Part shown: piece by piece, positions 26,195 through 40,876 of the stretch
Position numbering within the stretch: the first letter of the stretch is position 1
Layout of the letters: every line of letters begins with the position of its first letter
Assembly: GCA_051294375.1 (NCBI GenBank)
Contig: CM119269.1
Coordinates: 8,939,619-9,003,618 of the forward strand
Direction: 5' to 3'
Source of the DNA: Paraspadella gotoi
Lineage: Eukaryota; Animalia; Chaetognatha
DNA length: 64,000 nt
Position numbers and translations under genes: made by a program
Notes under the pieces: generated by a model
Told to the model about the DNA's origin: nothing
Databases searched by the model: none
The model's input: the letters and a program-made list of their open reading frames with translations, nothing else

Positions 26195-27128
26195 TCGTGA
26201 AAAAATCGATATCAAGGGATTTTCAAACCTTCGCGCGGATAATTGAGACTTCGAGGTGATGACGTCGCGAAGCGTTGTCTGGGTAAACCGTCGACCAATC
26301 AACGTTGAGTTTGAAAGGGCGGGGCCGGCGAATTGAGGGAATGGACGGAGAGAGGGGGAATGAAAGGCTAGAAGAGAAGATTTAAGGATCGCGTTGTTGT
26401 TTAGTTTGAAATGAAATTCATTTATATAATGTTGCGGTAATTGTTTTTTTTTATATAATTATATAAATACGCAATATTAGAAGCTAGATTCGGCAAATAG
26501 CCAAAGCTAAGCTAAACTTTTGAAGTTTCGTTTTCGTGCGGCATCTTTAAAACCAAAAAGCGATTTTCTTGGAAAAAGAAGAAGATAAATAAATAAAATA
26601 AATGGAAATAAGAAGCGAATGTCATTTTGTTTTGTTTACAAGGTCAAGAGAAAACGCCGTTAGAGGTCGCAAGAGATAATCGATAGTGAGGGCGAGAAAG
26701 AGGGGAAAGGAAAGAAGATAGGGGAGGAAGAAAAGTAGTGTGATTGAAGGGTAGTAAATGAAGCACGGAAGAGAGAAAAGAAAAAAAAGAGAAGTAAGTT
26801 TAGAGAAAAGAAAGAGAAGAAAGTTTAGAGAAAAGATCGAGGACAACTTAAGATCTAATGAAGAAGTTTTCTTGAGGGATTTCGCGTGAATGCGAGTGAA
26901 AAGTTTTGCAAGTTGATGATCGCATTTGGTAAATAAGAAAATAAACCTTCATCTTCATATGAGCTTAGTTGCGACTGAATCTTGATGACGGCGAAATTCT
27001 GATTGCATTTTCATGACTGCATGACTGCAACGAGACGCCTCTAATGCGCTAATATAAACTTTTATGGGGATAATTTGAGAGTAATAACTTGGAGACTCGG
27101 AGTTCGAATCCGTTGAAAAGTATCATCT

Positions 27129-27199
<71 letters not shown>

Positions 27200-27273
27200 C
27201 TTCGTTTTTCGTTTTCTTCGATATTTTTCCGGCAAATTGGTTTGTCGTAATGAGACTGTTTCCAATTGAAAGA

Positions 27274-27350
<77 letters not shown>

Positions 27351-27564
27351 TCTATTCTCTCTCTCACCAAATTACTTCACCTCAGGCCAGCCGGCTAAAC
27401 TTTTACTACTCTTTGATCCGCAACTTTGATTTTTAATATTACTATTATTCCTTTTCATAAAGTTTTCTTTTAAGTATCTTAACTTTTTAAAACAATTAGA
27501 ACATACACATAGTATTTAATGATATGTAACTATTAAACCGCACATTTATCTCTTTCTCATCCTC

Positions 27565-27657
<93 letters not shown>

Positions 27658-30600
27658 CCCGTCCTCGAGCCAATCCCCCCTTTTGCTCCGATAATCGTTT
27701 ACACTGCGCGACTGTCTCAAACCGGCACAATTCCAGATGACGACGATGACGACGACGACGACGACGACGACATCGATTCAAACTCATTTCCTTTATACTT
27801 TTCCTTTCGCTGAGATCAACCCCTCGATTTTCATCCTCCTCCTTCCTTCCTCTTCTTCTTCCTCTTTTTCCTCCGTTTCTATCTCCCAATCTTCCTCCTT
27901 CTTTCTTCTCTTCTTCTTCCTCTTTACGTCTTTTCCTATTTTTCTTTTTCCTCTTTCCTCCCTTTCTTCCTCCGATTCAATCTTCTCATCCTCCTCCTTC
28001 TGTCCTTTCCTCTTCCTCTTCTTTCTTTTTTCTTTCTCTTTCCTCCCTTTTATCCTTCTCTATCTTCTTTTCTTCTTCCACTTTCCTCCACCTTCTTCCT
28101 CCTCTTCCATCTTATTTTCTGGTCTTTTATATTTTATTTTTCTATTTCTTTTTATATTTTCTTTTTCTATTTCTTTTTATATTTTCTATTTCTTTTTCTC
28201 TTTATATTTTCTTTTTCTATTTCTCTTTATATTTTCTTTTTCTATCTCTCTTTTTTTTTTCTTTTTCTCTTCATATTTTCTTAACTATCTCCCTTTTTCA
28301 TCAACCTTCGATATTTCTTTCTCTCCATCTCCTTTTGTTTCCTTTTTTTTCATTTTTCCTTCATCTCCCAAGTACAAGATGTTCATTGCCATTGGTGTCC
28401 AACAATATTCTGTCTGAAACTCTCCCTTTAAATTCTATTCACATATCTTTCTTTTTTAAATTTTAAATACTTAGTTACTTAAATATTTTGATCCCTATTG
28501 TTATTCACGTTCGTTTTGTAATAATATTCATTCCCTTCACCCATTACCCAGTCAGCCACCCTCGCCAATTCTCGCCTGTCGAGCGTCGATCCTCCGTTGA
28601 TCAGAAGAAATTGCGCAGGAATAAGTCGTTATTGCTTTCCTTGCTCTCTCTCTCTCTCTCTCTCTCTCACACGGATTGAACCCTAAGATTCTATGAAAAG
28701 AACCCCGATGTTTTCAAGAACGGAACTCGAGTCAGAGAAGTGGAACCAAGATGGAACCTTGACTGTGCGTCACGTGACCATTCCTCTTGTCGGAGTCCGA
28801 ATCTACCTGATCTTGCTCTTCGAGACAGCGACGACTAAAAGGAGGCGGCCCGAGTTAATGTCACGATACCGAAATTCAGAAAATATAATTACTATATGAA
28901 AAATTATGCTCTCGATCGAGTGATCACAGACCAAGTAACAGAGCCGACATAAGCTGAATGGAAGGAGACGAGAGGCGGCGAGGAGCAGCAAAGGAAGGGC
29001 AGTGTCAGTATAAGTCATTTTTTAACTTATTTTCTACAGATGCTCCTTCTATTTCAAAAGACAACACTAACTTACCCTCTCCTCATTATATATTAGATAT
29101 AAAATAAAATAATAATTAAAGATAATACTTTGTGATTGAAACACATTAATTTAGTCTAATAATTTGAAACAGTGAATTCTTCCAATCATAAAATAAACAA
29201 TTTTTTTTCGACGAAAAAACAAAAGGAGAAAGAAAGCGTGAGACGGAGTGGGTGTTGGAGCAGAAAGACAGAGATAGAATCGAAGAGAAAGACAGATATG
29301 GAGTCGACAAGGAGAAGAGATGGAGTCGAAGGAAAACGGAGAGGGAGACCAGAAAAAGAAATCAAGCGACTTCGAGGGAGCGACCCAAATTACCGAGGGG
29401 GGAATTTCTTGGCCTCGATGACCATCGCGGTGTCTAAACAGCCCCGCCGACCCTCGCCGGTCCCTCGCCCCCTTTTTCTTTCTCCTCTGCCTCCTTTTCG
29501 AACGGTCGACGGGAGGCGGATGGGGGGTAGGAGGAGGAGGAGGAGAGGAGGGGGGAATGAATTACGATCGGTGATGTTAAGGGGTTTGTTATGGTTTTGG
29601 GTGGACGGGCGGAGGAGTGATAAATTATAATGGATACAGAGATGGAAAGAAGGTCAATACGGAGTATATAAAAATGATATTTATGATTGAATATATTATC
29701 TAGAAATAAATAATATATAGGAAAATGAATGTAGAATGAGCTGTTGAGTCTTCGAGTTGTCGTGAGATATAATAAAGGCATGAGAATTATAAATAATGAA
29801 GAGGAAAGGAATAAAACGGATAAAAAAATGATAAAGAAAATAAAGAAATAAAAGCAAGAAAAAAGAAAATAAAGTAAAAAGAGAAGAAATAAGAAAAAAA
29901 GGAATAAATGAAAAAAAAAAGAGATAGAAGTATATAGAAGTACAAATTTTCATGAGAATTAACATCGCATTTTGGCCTTGGGAGTCAAAAGGAAAAATCG
30001 TCCCGGGAAAGGGAAAGATGGATGAGGAGAGGAGGAAGAGAGGAGGAGAAAGAGGAGGAGGAGGGAGAGGCGGTCAGCCGTTTGACGCCCTCAATTCACT
30101 GATGGTCATATTAACCTCCATCCACGCCATCTGCTTCCGAGAAGAGAAGACAAGTCGCCGATTATATCGGTTCGCCGCCGCCGCCACTATCACCGCCGTC
30201 CCTCGCCGGCAGCCGCCGCCACCAATTGGCCGCTTAATAACCGCCGCTGGTTTTGGCCATCCCTCTAGATCGCCACTTCCCGACGGCCTCCACTGGCGAC
30301 ACCCACCCGCCATCCACGCGCCAACATCCCGTTTATCACTCTTTCCTTTACCCGACAAACCCCTGATCGACAATTGGACCTACACCCCTTTGGCGGATAT
30401 TCCCTTCCTCTCACCAACCAGCGTCAAACACCCAAACCCAATAATACGCCAGCTTATGTTATACGTTATCGTAAATATAGACCGGCTGTCGTGGGAAGGC
30501 GTCATCCGCCGCGAGATGAACGGGCGCCGCGAAGGGGGTGGCGGCGTCCAAGAAATTGCCTGAAAAAATGACGCCCCGAATGTTTTTAGGTTTTTAGAAA

Positions 30601-31661
30601 AGTTGACGGCGATAATTAAGCGACGACGACGACGACGCGACGACGGACGACGAACGAAATTCACGTCTTTCTTTCTTGTATGTTTATGCAGGAATTAAAA
30701 AGTACAATATAATTAAAATACAACTGGATTTGGATCGCCGAAAAAAATTAATTAGGTGGAAATATTCTTATTTTTTTGGCATGGCATTCAATGACATGGC
30801 TGGCTAGGGCTGGTAATTGCTGGAACTGCAGGCACGTATGAGACCGAACATTGCTTGAATTTTTAAAATTACTTGTCTCTGAACATAGAAGCGACAACAA
30901 CGACTCAATGACGACGGGATATTTTTCATTATTAGAAGGATAATGACATCAAACATCGAATTTCTGTCGTTTAATTAATGTCAAACGATTTATTCACGAA
31001 TTTTAATTATGCTCTTGACAACATTTAGAAATAAATCGAATTCTTGAAATTAAGAAAAGTATGAACAAATGAACAAAAAGTATAAAGAAGGAAAAAACAA
31101 GAATAAAACTAAAAGTAAAATTGTGCATTTAGAAAGGTTAGAAAAAAGAATTAACAGCGATTTAAAAGTTAAAAGCAAGCCTATTAAAATTTTCAAAATA
31201 AACGTTTTTCACCAAGGTAGCGATATAAATAATAGCAATGTGTAATAATTTCTCAAAGGACTCGTTTGTTTTGGCGATATAAAAGAATTTTTTATCGACA
31301 CAAAAATTTATTCGCGATTTCAAAGCGGAGAAAATTAAAGAAATAAAAAAAAAACAGGTTTGGTGTTTTCAAGGGAGATCGCTTTTAAAATTCATTTTGT
31401 TGAATTATTTAAAGATTTAAAATTGTAGGGTCTATTGAATTTAATGAATTACTGAGAAAGAAAGTAAAAGCAGGAGTCAAAATTCTCTCGAAGGACATGG
31501 AAGATTAATTAATAATTATTAATTACAGAATTATATTCAAAATATTAATAATATCACTGAAAACATTGTGGACGCATCAGAGCAAATTTGGTTTGATTTC
31601 AAAAATCAAAATGGGCCCCACCTTTTCTCAATTTTCTTGAGTTTTATTCGGACAATTAACT

Positions 31662-31699
<38 letters not shown>

Positions 31700-33002
31700 T
31701 CTCTCTTCCTCTCTCTCTCTCTCTCTTCTCTTCTTCACTCCTTGGGCGCCGGCATTCTTCTCCCCGTTCACCCCGGCCTCGTCATAATCGACCCCACGTC
31801 GTCCGTCCCTTCGGCGACACAACCCCGTCCCCTTGATTAAACGCGCGGCGGCTCGACGGTCGACGCCCACTCGAGGATTTTTTTAAGTTTCGATTTCAGA
31901 ATTAAGAATTCTAGAGAGAGAGAGAGAGAGAGAGGAGAAGAGATGAGAAGAGAGAAGAGAGAGAGAGAGAGTAAGAGAAGAGAGAGAGAGAGAAGAGAGA
32001 TTAAATGAAATTATCTCCCCGTGGGATCGAAAGGAGAAATTTCTGATTTCCTTTTACATTTTTAGTTTATGACAAAAGATTCAAACTTTCAAAGTGTTTT
32101 TCTTTTTTTGCGCAAAATCGTGATGACGACATCAAAACTCAACCTTTTTATTTTCTTACTTTCGTGTTTATTACATATCAAATCTGAGGTTAAATCTTAA
32201 CGTTAAAAAAATATTTCCATTTCTTTTAATCAAAAGAGATAAAGATTTTTTTAAAAAAGGAAACATTTAATTTGTCTAAAAAACTAACTGATTTTCGATA
32301 ACACACAGTCACTGAGTTAAATTTCCTTCCCATAAACGTTTAAAATCAAATCTTTAATAAAATGCTCTTTAATAAAAACAATTCATGTAAAACGCTGTCA
32401 CAAACGAAGCGAACAAAAAACCGCCTCAAAAAAACACCGAACGCCAAATGCAATGAATAATAAAATTTAAATTGTGGGTAGCAATTTCCTTTTAAAAATC
32501 AATAATGAAGTCAAAAATAAAGCCGAAAAAGAAACAAATTTTCCCTTGAACTCTCAGGGACGCACGAGACTTAAAAAAAAATGAATTCAAGTGTGAGAAA
32601 AAATATAGTTTATGAGGTAATAATTAATATAATTAGTGTTAAATTAATAATTAAAGGATTTGCCCAAGTTTCTCGAAGTCCATGAGAAATTTCCGTTCTG
32701 ATTTTTCCAGTTTCTGTTCGTTCTGCTTATTGCGTCCATCCCTCCTCCCGTTCTTTTTCTTCTTCCAGCAAAGGTCACTTCTTTCTCCAGCAAAAACTTG
32801 AACTACGTCCAGCTGCCTCTTCTTTTCTCTCGCCGTCGACTTCCTTCCACCTTCCTGCACCTCCCTTCTCAATTGGCTTTCCTCTCTTCCCCACCTCCTT
32901 CTCCTCCCTCTTACTCTCCTCTTCCTCCCTCTCCTCCTCTCCACCCATTTAACTCTCCTCCTCCCTCTATTCCCCTCCCTTCATCCCCTACTCCTCTCCC
33001 TC

Positions 33003-34356
33003 TCAGCCGTCAACTTCCTCTCCCACATCTTCACGCCCCTGATGCTCGTGGTCGCGTAGTCGGGAAACCGGGGAGTCCAAGACCGCAATGGCAAAGCAAG
33101 TTAGGCTTGCGTGAAACCACTGGGCACGGACCAATGCTTGACTCTCCGGGCCTGAGTGAAGTCCGCCCCCAATCTTCGCACAGAATGTCAAGGCCGACAT
33201 TCGTCGCAAGGGAAATCGTTTGGAACCCAATAAGTTGATACCAGAGGGCGCCGCAAAGATATCCGCGGCGCGACAGTATTGTTCAGGTTGGGCGGGAGAA
33301 CTCGACCCGGCCTGCGTAGCCAGAAGTAACTATCATTTCAATCTCATTTGCATATTGTAGAAGTTAGGATTTGTTTCTCATACGTATTTTTTTTTTTTGC
33401 TCGATTTTCTTAGAAGTTTTTTAATGCTGTGTGAATAGTTTTATTCAAGGTTTATAACTTATTGACTTAAAATTCCAGATGGTTTAAATTGTAGGCTATT
33501 GTAGCTTTAGAAATGAAAGTATTTTATAGGAAAAAGGGTGGTCCCATGTCCCGCTCTACCTGGAACGACGGAGACGTTTAAAGACCCAACGAGGAGATGA
33601 AGGGAAGGCGAAGTCGCCGTACGTCCCCAATCCCAACTCGTCTCGTCCCACTCATTCCAAAAAAAAGTATCTTTGCTGGTGTGAAGAATGCGTTTGCCCG
33701 GGGACGAAGTGTTGGAGTGTTAGGGAATTCGTCACATGGCTGATGTTGTATAAGTTGAAGTCGAGTTGGCGATGGAGACCGATGTCGCTGAGAGAGAGAG
33801 AGGAGAGAGAGAGAAAGAGAGAGGAGAGAGGAAGAGAATCGAGGAGAGAGAGAGAGAGAGAGAAGAGTGAGAGTTCGGAAAGGGAGGAGAGTGCAGAAGT
33901 GGAGAAGGGAATTTAAAAGGGTTGAATTAACTTAAAAGCGATCAAATGCTTCCAAACAAAGTCATATTTTACAAAAGTGGACCCATTTCGCGCGTAAAAT
34001 GGAGTTAATTATATTTTAAATTAAGGATATAGTTAGGTAAATGGAGAGGGATTAGGGGTTAAAAGATTAGGTTAGGGTTTAGAACCAAGGATAAGAAAAT
34101 TGAGTTAATGTATTTTAAGATATTAAAGTTAGATATTTGACATTATAATCAAGTTAGAGATTGGGAAAAAAGAAATAAGGCGCTTTGGAAAAGAGTGCCC
34201 AAAGTTCTATAAGTTTGTTCAAAATTAATTAGCAATACCAATATGACGTTTGGACAAAAAACAAAAGAACTCACCACGGGATATCCGATCGGCAGACGCG
34301 CAGTTGGCCGTAAGCAAACCGGTCACGAAGGCATAAGAAAATTAAAGAGCTTCCAT
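33003..34356 (-). pseudogene. Frameshifted duplicate of the discoidin-like gene (error-laden haplotype copy or pseudogene)
   Basis: The same three exons occur in copy 2 of the duplication, with many 1-bp indels in both exons and introns. Confidence 0.6.
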
Positions 34357-36407
34357 TTTCCACCCGATTTTGTGATTTCGTGGCGAAGGTGTGAATCGGC
34401 GTCTGTGAGGTTCACGAGATGAAGCTGACAATCGAAAGAACGATTTTCGTGACTATAAGTGGATTCTCACTTCAGTCTGATGTCATAGGAAAATAGTGAT
34501 TAGTGTGTTAATGGAGTCGCTTGAAGCAGAATCAGCTTATGTGTGATAAATCATGAACTCTTAAAATGTTATACACTTAATCTCATTCCACATATTCTCA
34601 AACTGTAGTGACGTAAAGTTTGTACCATAACGTTTTCTCTAGTTGCGGAATCAGCGCAAGCAAAAACAAAAAAGTTTGAAAGTTTTTCTTTTCATTTGGA
34701 CGACAATCAATTTTACATGAAATAACAATCGTTTATTTACAAAAAACTTTAACCTCGTGGAAGTTGAAACAAAGGAATACAAATTTTAAACTTATTCTTT
34801 TAAAATTTTTTTTTAAAAAAAATTGAAACACGAACGTAGCTCATGTTCAATAAAGAAAGGGAATTTCTTACACAATGCACGCCCTTTAGCGCCCGATGAA
34901 TTCACATTCGTTTATTTCTGAAAAAATGAATATAAATCGAAAATCCTCTTCATGGTCTTTCACACAACTTTTAATCGTCTTCTTTTCCTATCCTGTCGAC
35001 AACCATGTTCATCTGATAAGTATGATGAGACTTATTGCTACAAACAACAGCTACAAAACCCAGTTTACAATTCCAAGCTACAAATCCATCTACCTCGGCA
35101 TCATGCAGTTCAAAATTCACACCCTCCTTCGGCAAATCAATAGCATAATTTTTCTCACTCCCGCCCCATCTTTTCACGCGTCCACTGCCCTTCATCTCCC
35201 TCCCCCAGTTTTCTCCACTTTTCTTATTTTCCCTCTTCCCTTCCTCTTTCCTCAACTATTACCCCCCCTCACCACCGCCTGCCATCACCCCTCCGGCGCC
35301 ACCCCCCACTCCCCCACTTTTTTTCGACGCCGACAAATATGGGCTAATTAGCGTCGATGACGTTTAATTCGAATAACAAACAGACTTTTTTCCGGTATGA
35401 ATTCCGGCGACGACGACGACGACGAGACGACGACGACGACGACGACGACGACGGACCGACGAGACGACGCACGAGTCGTGAAAAAATCGATATCAAGGGG
35501 ATTTCAACCTCGCGCGGATAATTGAGACTTCGAGGTGATGACGGGGCGCGAAGCGCTTTCTGGGTAACGTTGACCAATCAAGTGAGTTTAAAGGGCGGGG
35601 CCGCCGAATGAGGGTACGGACGAGAGGGGAATGACAAGGCTAGAACGAGAAGATTTAAAGGATCGCGTTGTGTTTAGTTTGAAGAAATTCATTTATTATA
35701 ATGCTTCGCGTTAATTGTTTTTTCTATTATAAATTATATTAAATACGGCAAATTAGAAGCTAAGATTCGGGCAAATAGCCCAGCCTTAAGCTTAACTTTG
35801 GAAGTTTCGTTTTCGTGCGGCATCTTAAAACCAAAAAAAGCGATTTCTTTGAAAAGAAAGGAAGAATAAATAAATAAAAATAAATGGAAATAAGAAGCGA
35901 ATGTCATGTTTGTTTACAACGGTCAAGGAGAAACGCCGTTAGACGTCGCAAGAGATAATCGATAGTGGAGGGCGAGAAAGAGGGAAAGGAAAGAAGATGG
36001 GAGTAAGAAAAAGTAGTGATTGTAAGAGTAGTAAATGAAGCACGGAAGAGAGAAAAGAAAAAAAAAGAGAAGTAAGTAAAGAAAGAAAGAGAAGAAGTTT
36101 AGAGGAAAAGATCGAGGAACAACTAAGATCTTAATGAAAGAAGTTTCTTGAGGGATTTCGCTTGAATGCGAGTTTGAAAAGTTTTGCAAGTTGATGATTC
36201 GCATTTGGTAAATAAGAAAATAAACTTCATCTTTCATAGACTTAGTTGCCGAATGAATCTTTGACGGCGAAATTCTGATTTGCATTTTCATGACTGCATG
36301 ACTGCAACGAGACGCCTTTAATTACGCTTAATATAAACTTTTATGCGGATAATTGAGAAGTAAAACTTGGAAGACTCGGAGTTCGAATCGTTGAAAAGTC
36401 TCATCTC

Positions 36408-36490
<83 letters not shown>

Positions 36491-36552
36491 TTCGATATTC
36501 TCCGGCGGCAAATTGGTTTGTCCCGTAATGAGAACTGTTCCAATTGAAAGAT

Positions 36553-36623
<71 letters not shown>

Positions 36624-36786
36624 TCACCTCTTCTCAGCCAAGATTATCACTTCGTCAGGCCAGCCGCTAACTTTTAACTAACCTTTGATCCCCAACTTTG
36701 ATTTTAATATACTATTATTCCTTTTTGGCATAAAGTTTTTTTCTTTAAGTATCTTAACTTTTAAACAATAGAACATTACCACATTA

Positions 36787-39652
36787 GGCGATCATATGCA
36801 TAAATAATTTTCCAATTATGTTGGCCTGTCCGTGATTCCTTTACCTTAATTGTAGTCCTTTATTTTATATCACAATATAATTTTTTAAAAAAATATTCAG
36901 GATCCACTGCAGATTTTTACAAATTTTTTTAAAAAATCATTAAGTGCGATCTGTGATTGGTGGATTGGGTCACGTTGACCATCAATTTTTAGTTGTATTA
37001 TTTTACTTAATAAAGTTGTTTCTCAGTTAGAACAATGGAAATTTATGTATTTAAAGCAATACATTAAATTTATTCAATAAAAAAGAAAAAAGCGAGAAAA
37101 AAGAAATAAATAAAGTCCCTGACCGGACATACAAGCACTTATCTCTTTTCTTATTTTTCTACCTTCTTTCTCTCTTTCTCTTTTTCTTCTTTCTCTCTCT
37201 TTCATGAAGAAGAATTTTATCTTCTCGCACGCAGAAAACTAACGTTCAAGGTTCTGTCAGAATACTGAGGTTGCAAGTAATAAAATGTATAGTTTCCGTA
37301 TTTTCTTTAGGCCACCTGTAAAAGTAAAAACAAATGTAAGGAATTGTAAACAATGGTACCTCGGTGATTCGACCGGTCGTGGCTCTGTAATTGTTTCCCT
37401 TTTCTGTGTATTATTTAATATCGTTTTCATTTGACATATATAACAATAAATATACAAACCCTTTGTTTTACTAGGCCAAAGAGAATTCGTTTAGACAATA
37501 TCCGTAGCTTAGAGTATAGCGACATGGTGGCATCGGCTTTGTTCGATCCTCACGTCTCTTTGGCGCTATTTACTACCTTAAGTGGGCGTGGGTGAGTTGA
37601 TATTTTATTATATATGTTAAGGCATAATGAGTGGGATTTAAGTGGGTATACCCCGGTGAGATTCCTCACCATCTTGCGCGTGTAGATGTTAAATTCTCCT
37701 ATGCCTTACGGCCGTATCTTCCGAGCGAAGTAAAGCTTTCGGATTCTTGTTAATTTGGGTAAGAGGATAATCCTCATTATACCCTTGCATACCGACGAGA
37801 ATGCGCAATATAAATTTTCTCTTGTCCCGCTATATTGGCGAATTTGTCGGATGTAGTACAGCATACAAGAAAAAAATTAACCTTCCCTTCAGTGCCGCAT
37901 TTGCGTCATATATACGCTGGCCCTCATGTAGGGTTAGTGCACGGGAAGAGGAGTGGGCAATGAATCTCTACTAACGTTAGTTGGCGTCTTTTATTTTTAG
38001 TTTCATTTTTTATTTCTAAATCTGGACCGTCTCTATCTACAAACTTTTACTAACTTGTCGCTCTCCATCATTTCGAGAGTCATTTCTTTTGTCGCCTGAA
38101 GATTTTGAATTTTGCGAGTATTTTCTTTCTTGCCGGCCGAATAGCAACGATTTTTGGAATTTTAAGTTTTGAATTCAACTCGATTTGTGGACAGGTGTTT
38201 CGCGGCGAACGCTCTTCTTTTTGTAACTCAATCGGAGTATTTGCCTCCACGTCCCCGGACGAAATAATGATTTCCTTTATTTTTTTAAACTCTCTCACTA
38301 TACGTCGCCTTCGCTTTTCGAAGAATTTTACGCGAATTTTACGCACGAGATTTCTCTTGCCGGAGCCCTCGAACCATCAAAAAAACCTTTCTTTTAAACG
38401 GCGAACGACCCGAACGACGGCCGGAAATTCAGAACTAACGCCTTTCACGCTTAGTTTTTCTTGCCAGACTCGATCGCGGCATCTCGTTTAAACGTGGAGA
38501 GAAATAACGTTTTTCCAATGGAAAGAAATTAGTTTTTAAAGATTTTTGAGTTTAATATTTAGACTTGCGAACAGAAAATAGCGCGTCACAATCAATGGAA
38601 AGAATCTTAATTTTATTTTTGAAAGTCATTTAACAAACGCGGTTTATAATAAATTCGACTGTTTAGACTACGTGATTTATTTACCTCTACGGCTTGAAAA
38701 GATAAAAAGAAAAAAGTTGGAAATAAAGAGTATTCCTTCCAAACGCCAGTTTCAAATCCGCGACCTTCATCATCGAACAAATTTTCTCGCGGAGTCTTAA
38801 AATTTGAACTAATTTTCAATTTGATCAAAATTTGGTTGCACGGGCCGATTTAAACTGGCTTTCTCCGCCGAAACTGATACAAATACTAAGCCAAATCTTT
38901 TCTAAATACACGACCGTTTGAACAAATTTTTTCGACACTAACGCGACTCAGCCGTATTCCGAGCACGCGTCGATCGTTCATTCTGTCTACGACGTCATTC
39001 TGCTTAAGATTCCGATGGAGCATCGACACTAAAAAAATTTGAAAAGATAAACAACTCGCGACATTCCGATGCTCAACGATTTGTTCATTTAAAGTTTACA
39101 CCTCTAAAGTTCAACCACTCTTAATGTCGCCTAAAATCATGGTCACTAATAAAACATTGTTCCCGTTTCTTCACTATTTCTTTATATTTCTAGTTTTATA
39201 TTTGAATCTTCCAAAATCTGGCTAAAATTTAATAACAATAATTTTTCTCTGAATGACGTGAAGGATATACTTTAAAATCCTTTTAATAATTTTCGATACT
39301 AATTTCAACATTAATTATAATTATAATATTTGTTTAATTTATATCTTTAAAAAAAAATATAAATTTTAGGAGTACTAACTGTATGTTACAAATAAATATT
39401 ACTATTGAGATAAGACAATGCAGATATTAAATTATTTTAGCCAATTATTTTCGAAATATATTGGAGAAATCATTTGTTTCTTTAATTCTCCAATTGCATA
39501 TTATAATTGAGGTTAAATTTTAAAATGTAAATATGCATAATGCGCTTTACATTTTAAAAAAAAATCTAACTTTCATATACATATTTAAGTACATGGAAAG
39601 TACATGGAATCACAGACAGGCAAGGCCCTAACTCTGGGAAATCGATCCGGCC
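36787..39652. mobile_element. ~2.9-kb DNA-transposon-like insertion (imperfect TIRs, ~9-bp TSD, Mutator-like, apparently non-autonomous)
   Basis: Absent from copy 1 (empty site GAACATACACATAGTATT at ~27499). The target ATACACATA(G) appears on both sides (noisy at 36775-36787, clean at 39654-39663). GCCTGTCCGTGATTCC (36824-36839) is a 15/16 inverted match to GGAATCACAGACAGGC (39606-39621). No transposase recognised. Confidence 0.65.
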
Positions 39653-39742
39653 AATACACATAGTATTAATGAATATGTAAACTATTAACCGCCACATTTA
39701 TCTCTCTCTCTCTCTCTCTCTTCTTCTCGCTCTCTCTCTCTC

Positions 39743-39790
<48 letters not shown>

Positions 39791-40810
39791 CGTCCTCGAG
39801 CCATATAGTCCCCCTGTTGCTCCTGATAATCGTTACACTTGGCGCCGACGTCTCAAACCGCAACAATTCCAGATGGACGACGATGACGACGGATGACGAA
39901 CGACGACCGACGACGACGACATCGATTTCAAACTCATTTCCTTTATACTTTCCTTTCGCTGAGACAACCCCTCGATTTCATTCCTCCTCCTTTCCTTCCT
40001 CTTCTTCTTCCTCTCTCTCTTCCTCCGTTTCTATCCCCCAATCTTCCTCCTTCTTTCTCTTTCTTCTTCCTCTTACGTCTTTCCTTATTTTTCTTTTCCT
40101 CTTTCCTCCCTTTCTATCCTCCGATTCAATCTTCTCATCCTCCTCCTTCTGTTCCTTCTCTTTCCTCTTCTTTCTTTTTCTTCTCTCTTTCCTCCCTTTA
40201 TCCTTCTCTATCTTCTTCTTCTCCACTTTCCTCCACCTTCTTCTCCTCTTCCACTGTATTTTCTGGTCTTTGATATTTTATTTTTCTATTTCTTTTTAAT
40301 TTTTCTTTTTCTATTTCTTTTTATATTTTTCTATTTTTTTTCTCTTTATATTTTCTTTTTCTATTTCTCTTTATATTTCTTTTAGCTCTCTTTTTTTTCC
40401 TTTTTCTTCTTCATATTTTTCTTAACTATCTCCCTTTTTCATCAACCTTCGAATTTTCTTCTCTCCATCTCCTTTTGTTTCCTTTTTTTTTCAGTTTTTC
40501 CTTCATCTCCCAAGTACAAGATGCATGTGCCATTGGTGCTCCAACAATATTTTCTGTCTGAAACTCTCCCTTTAAATTCTATTCACACTATCTTTCTTTT
40601 TTAAATTTTAAATACTTAGTTACTTAAATATTTTGATCCTATGTTATTCACAACGTTCGTTTGTAATAATATTCATCCCTTCACCCATTACCAGTCAGCA
40701 CCCTCGCCAATTCTCGCCTGTCGAGCGTCGATCCTCCTTGAATCAGAAGAAATTGCGCAGTAATAAGTCGTTATGCTTTCCTTGCTTCTCTCTCTCTCTC
40801 TTCTCTTCTT

Positions 40811-40876
<66 letters not shown>

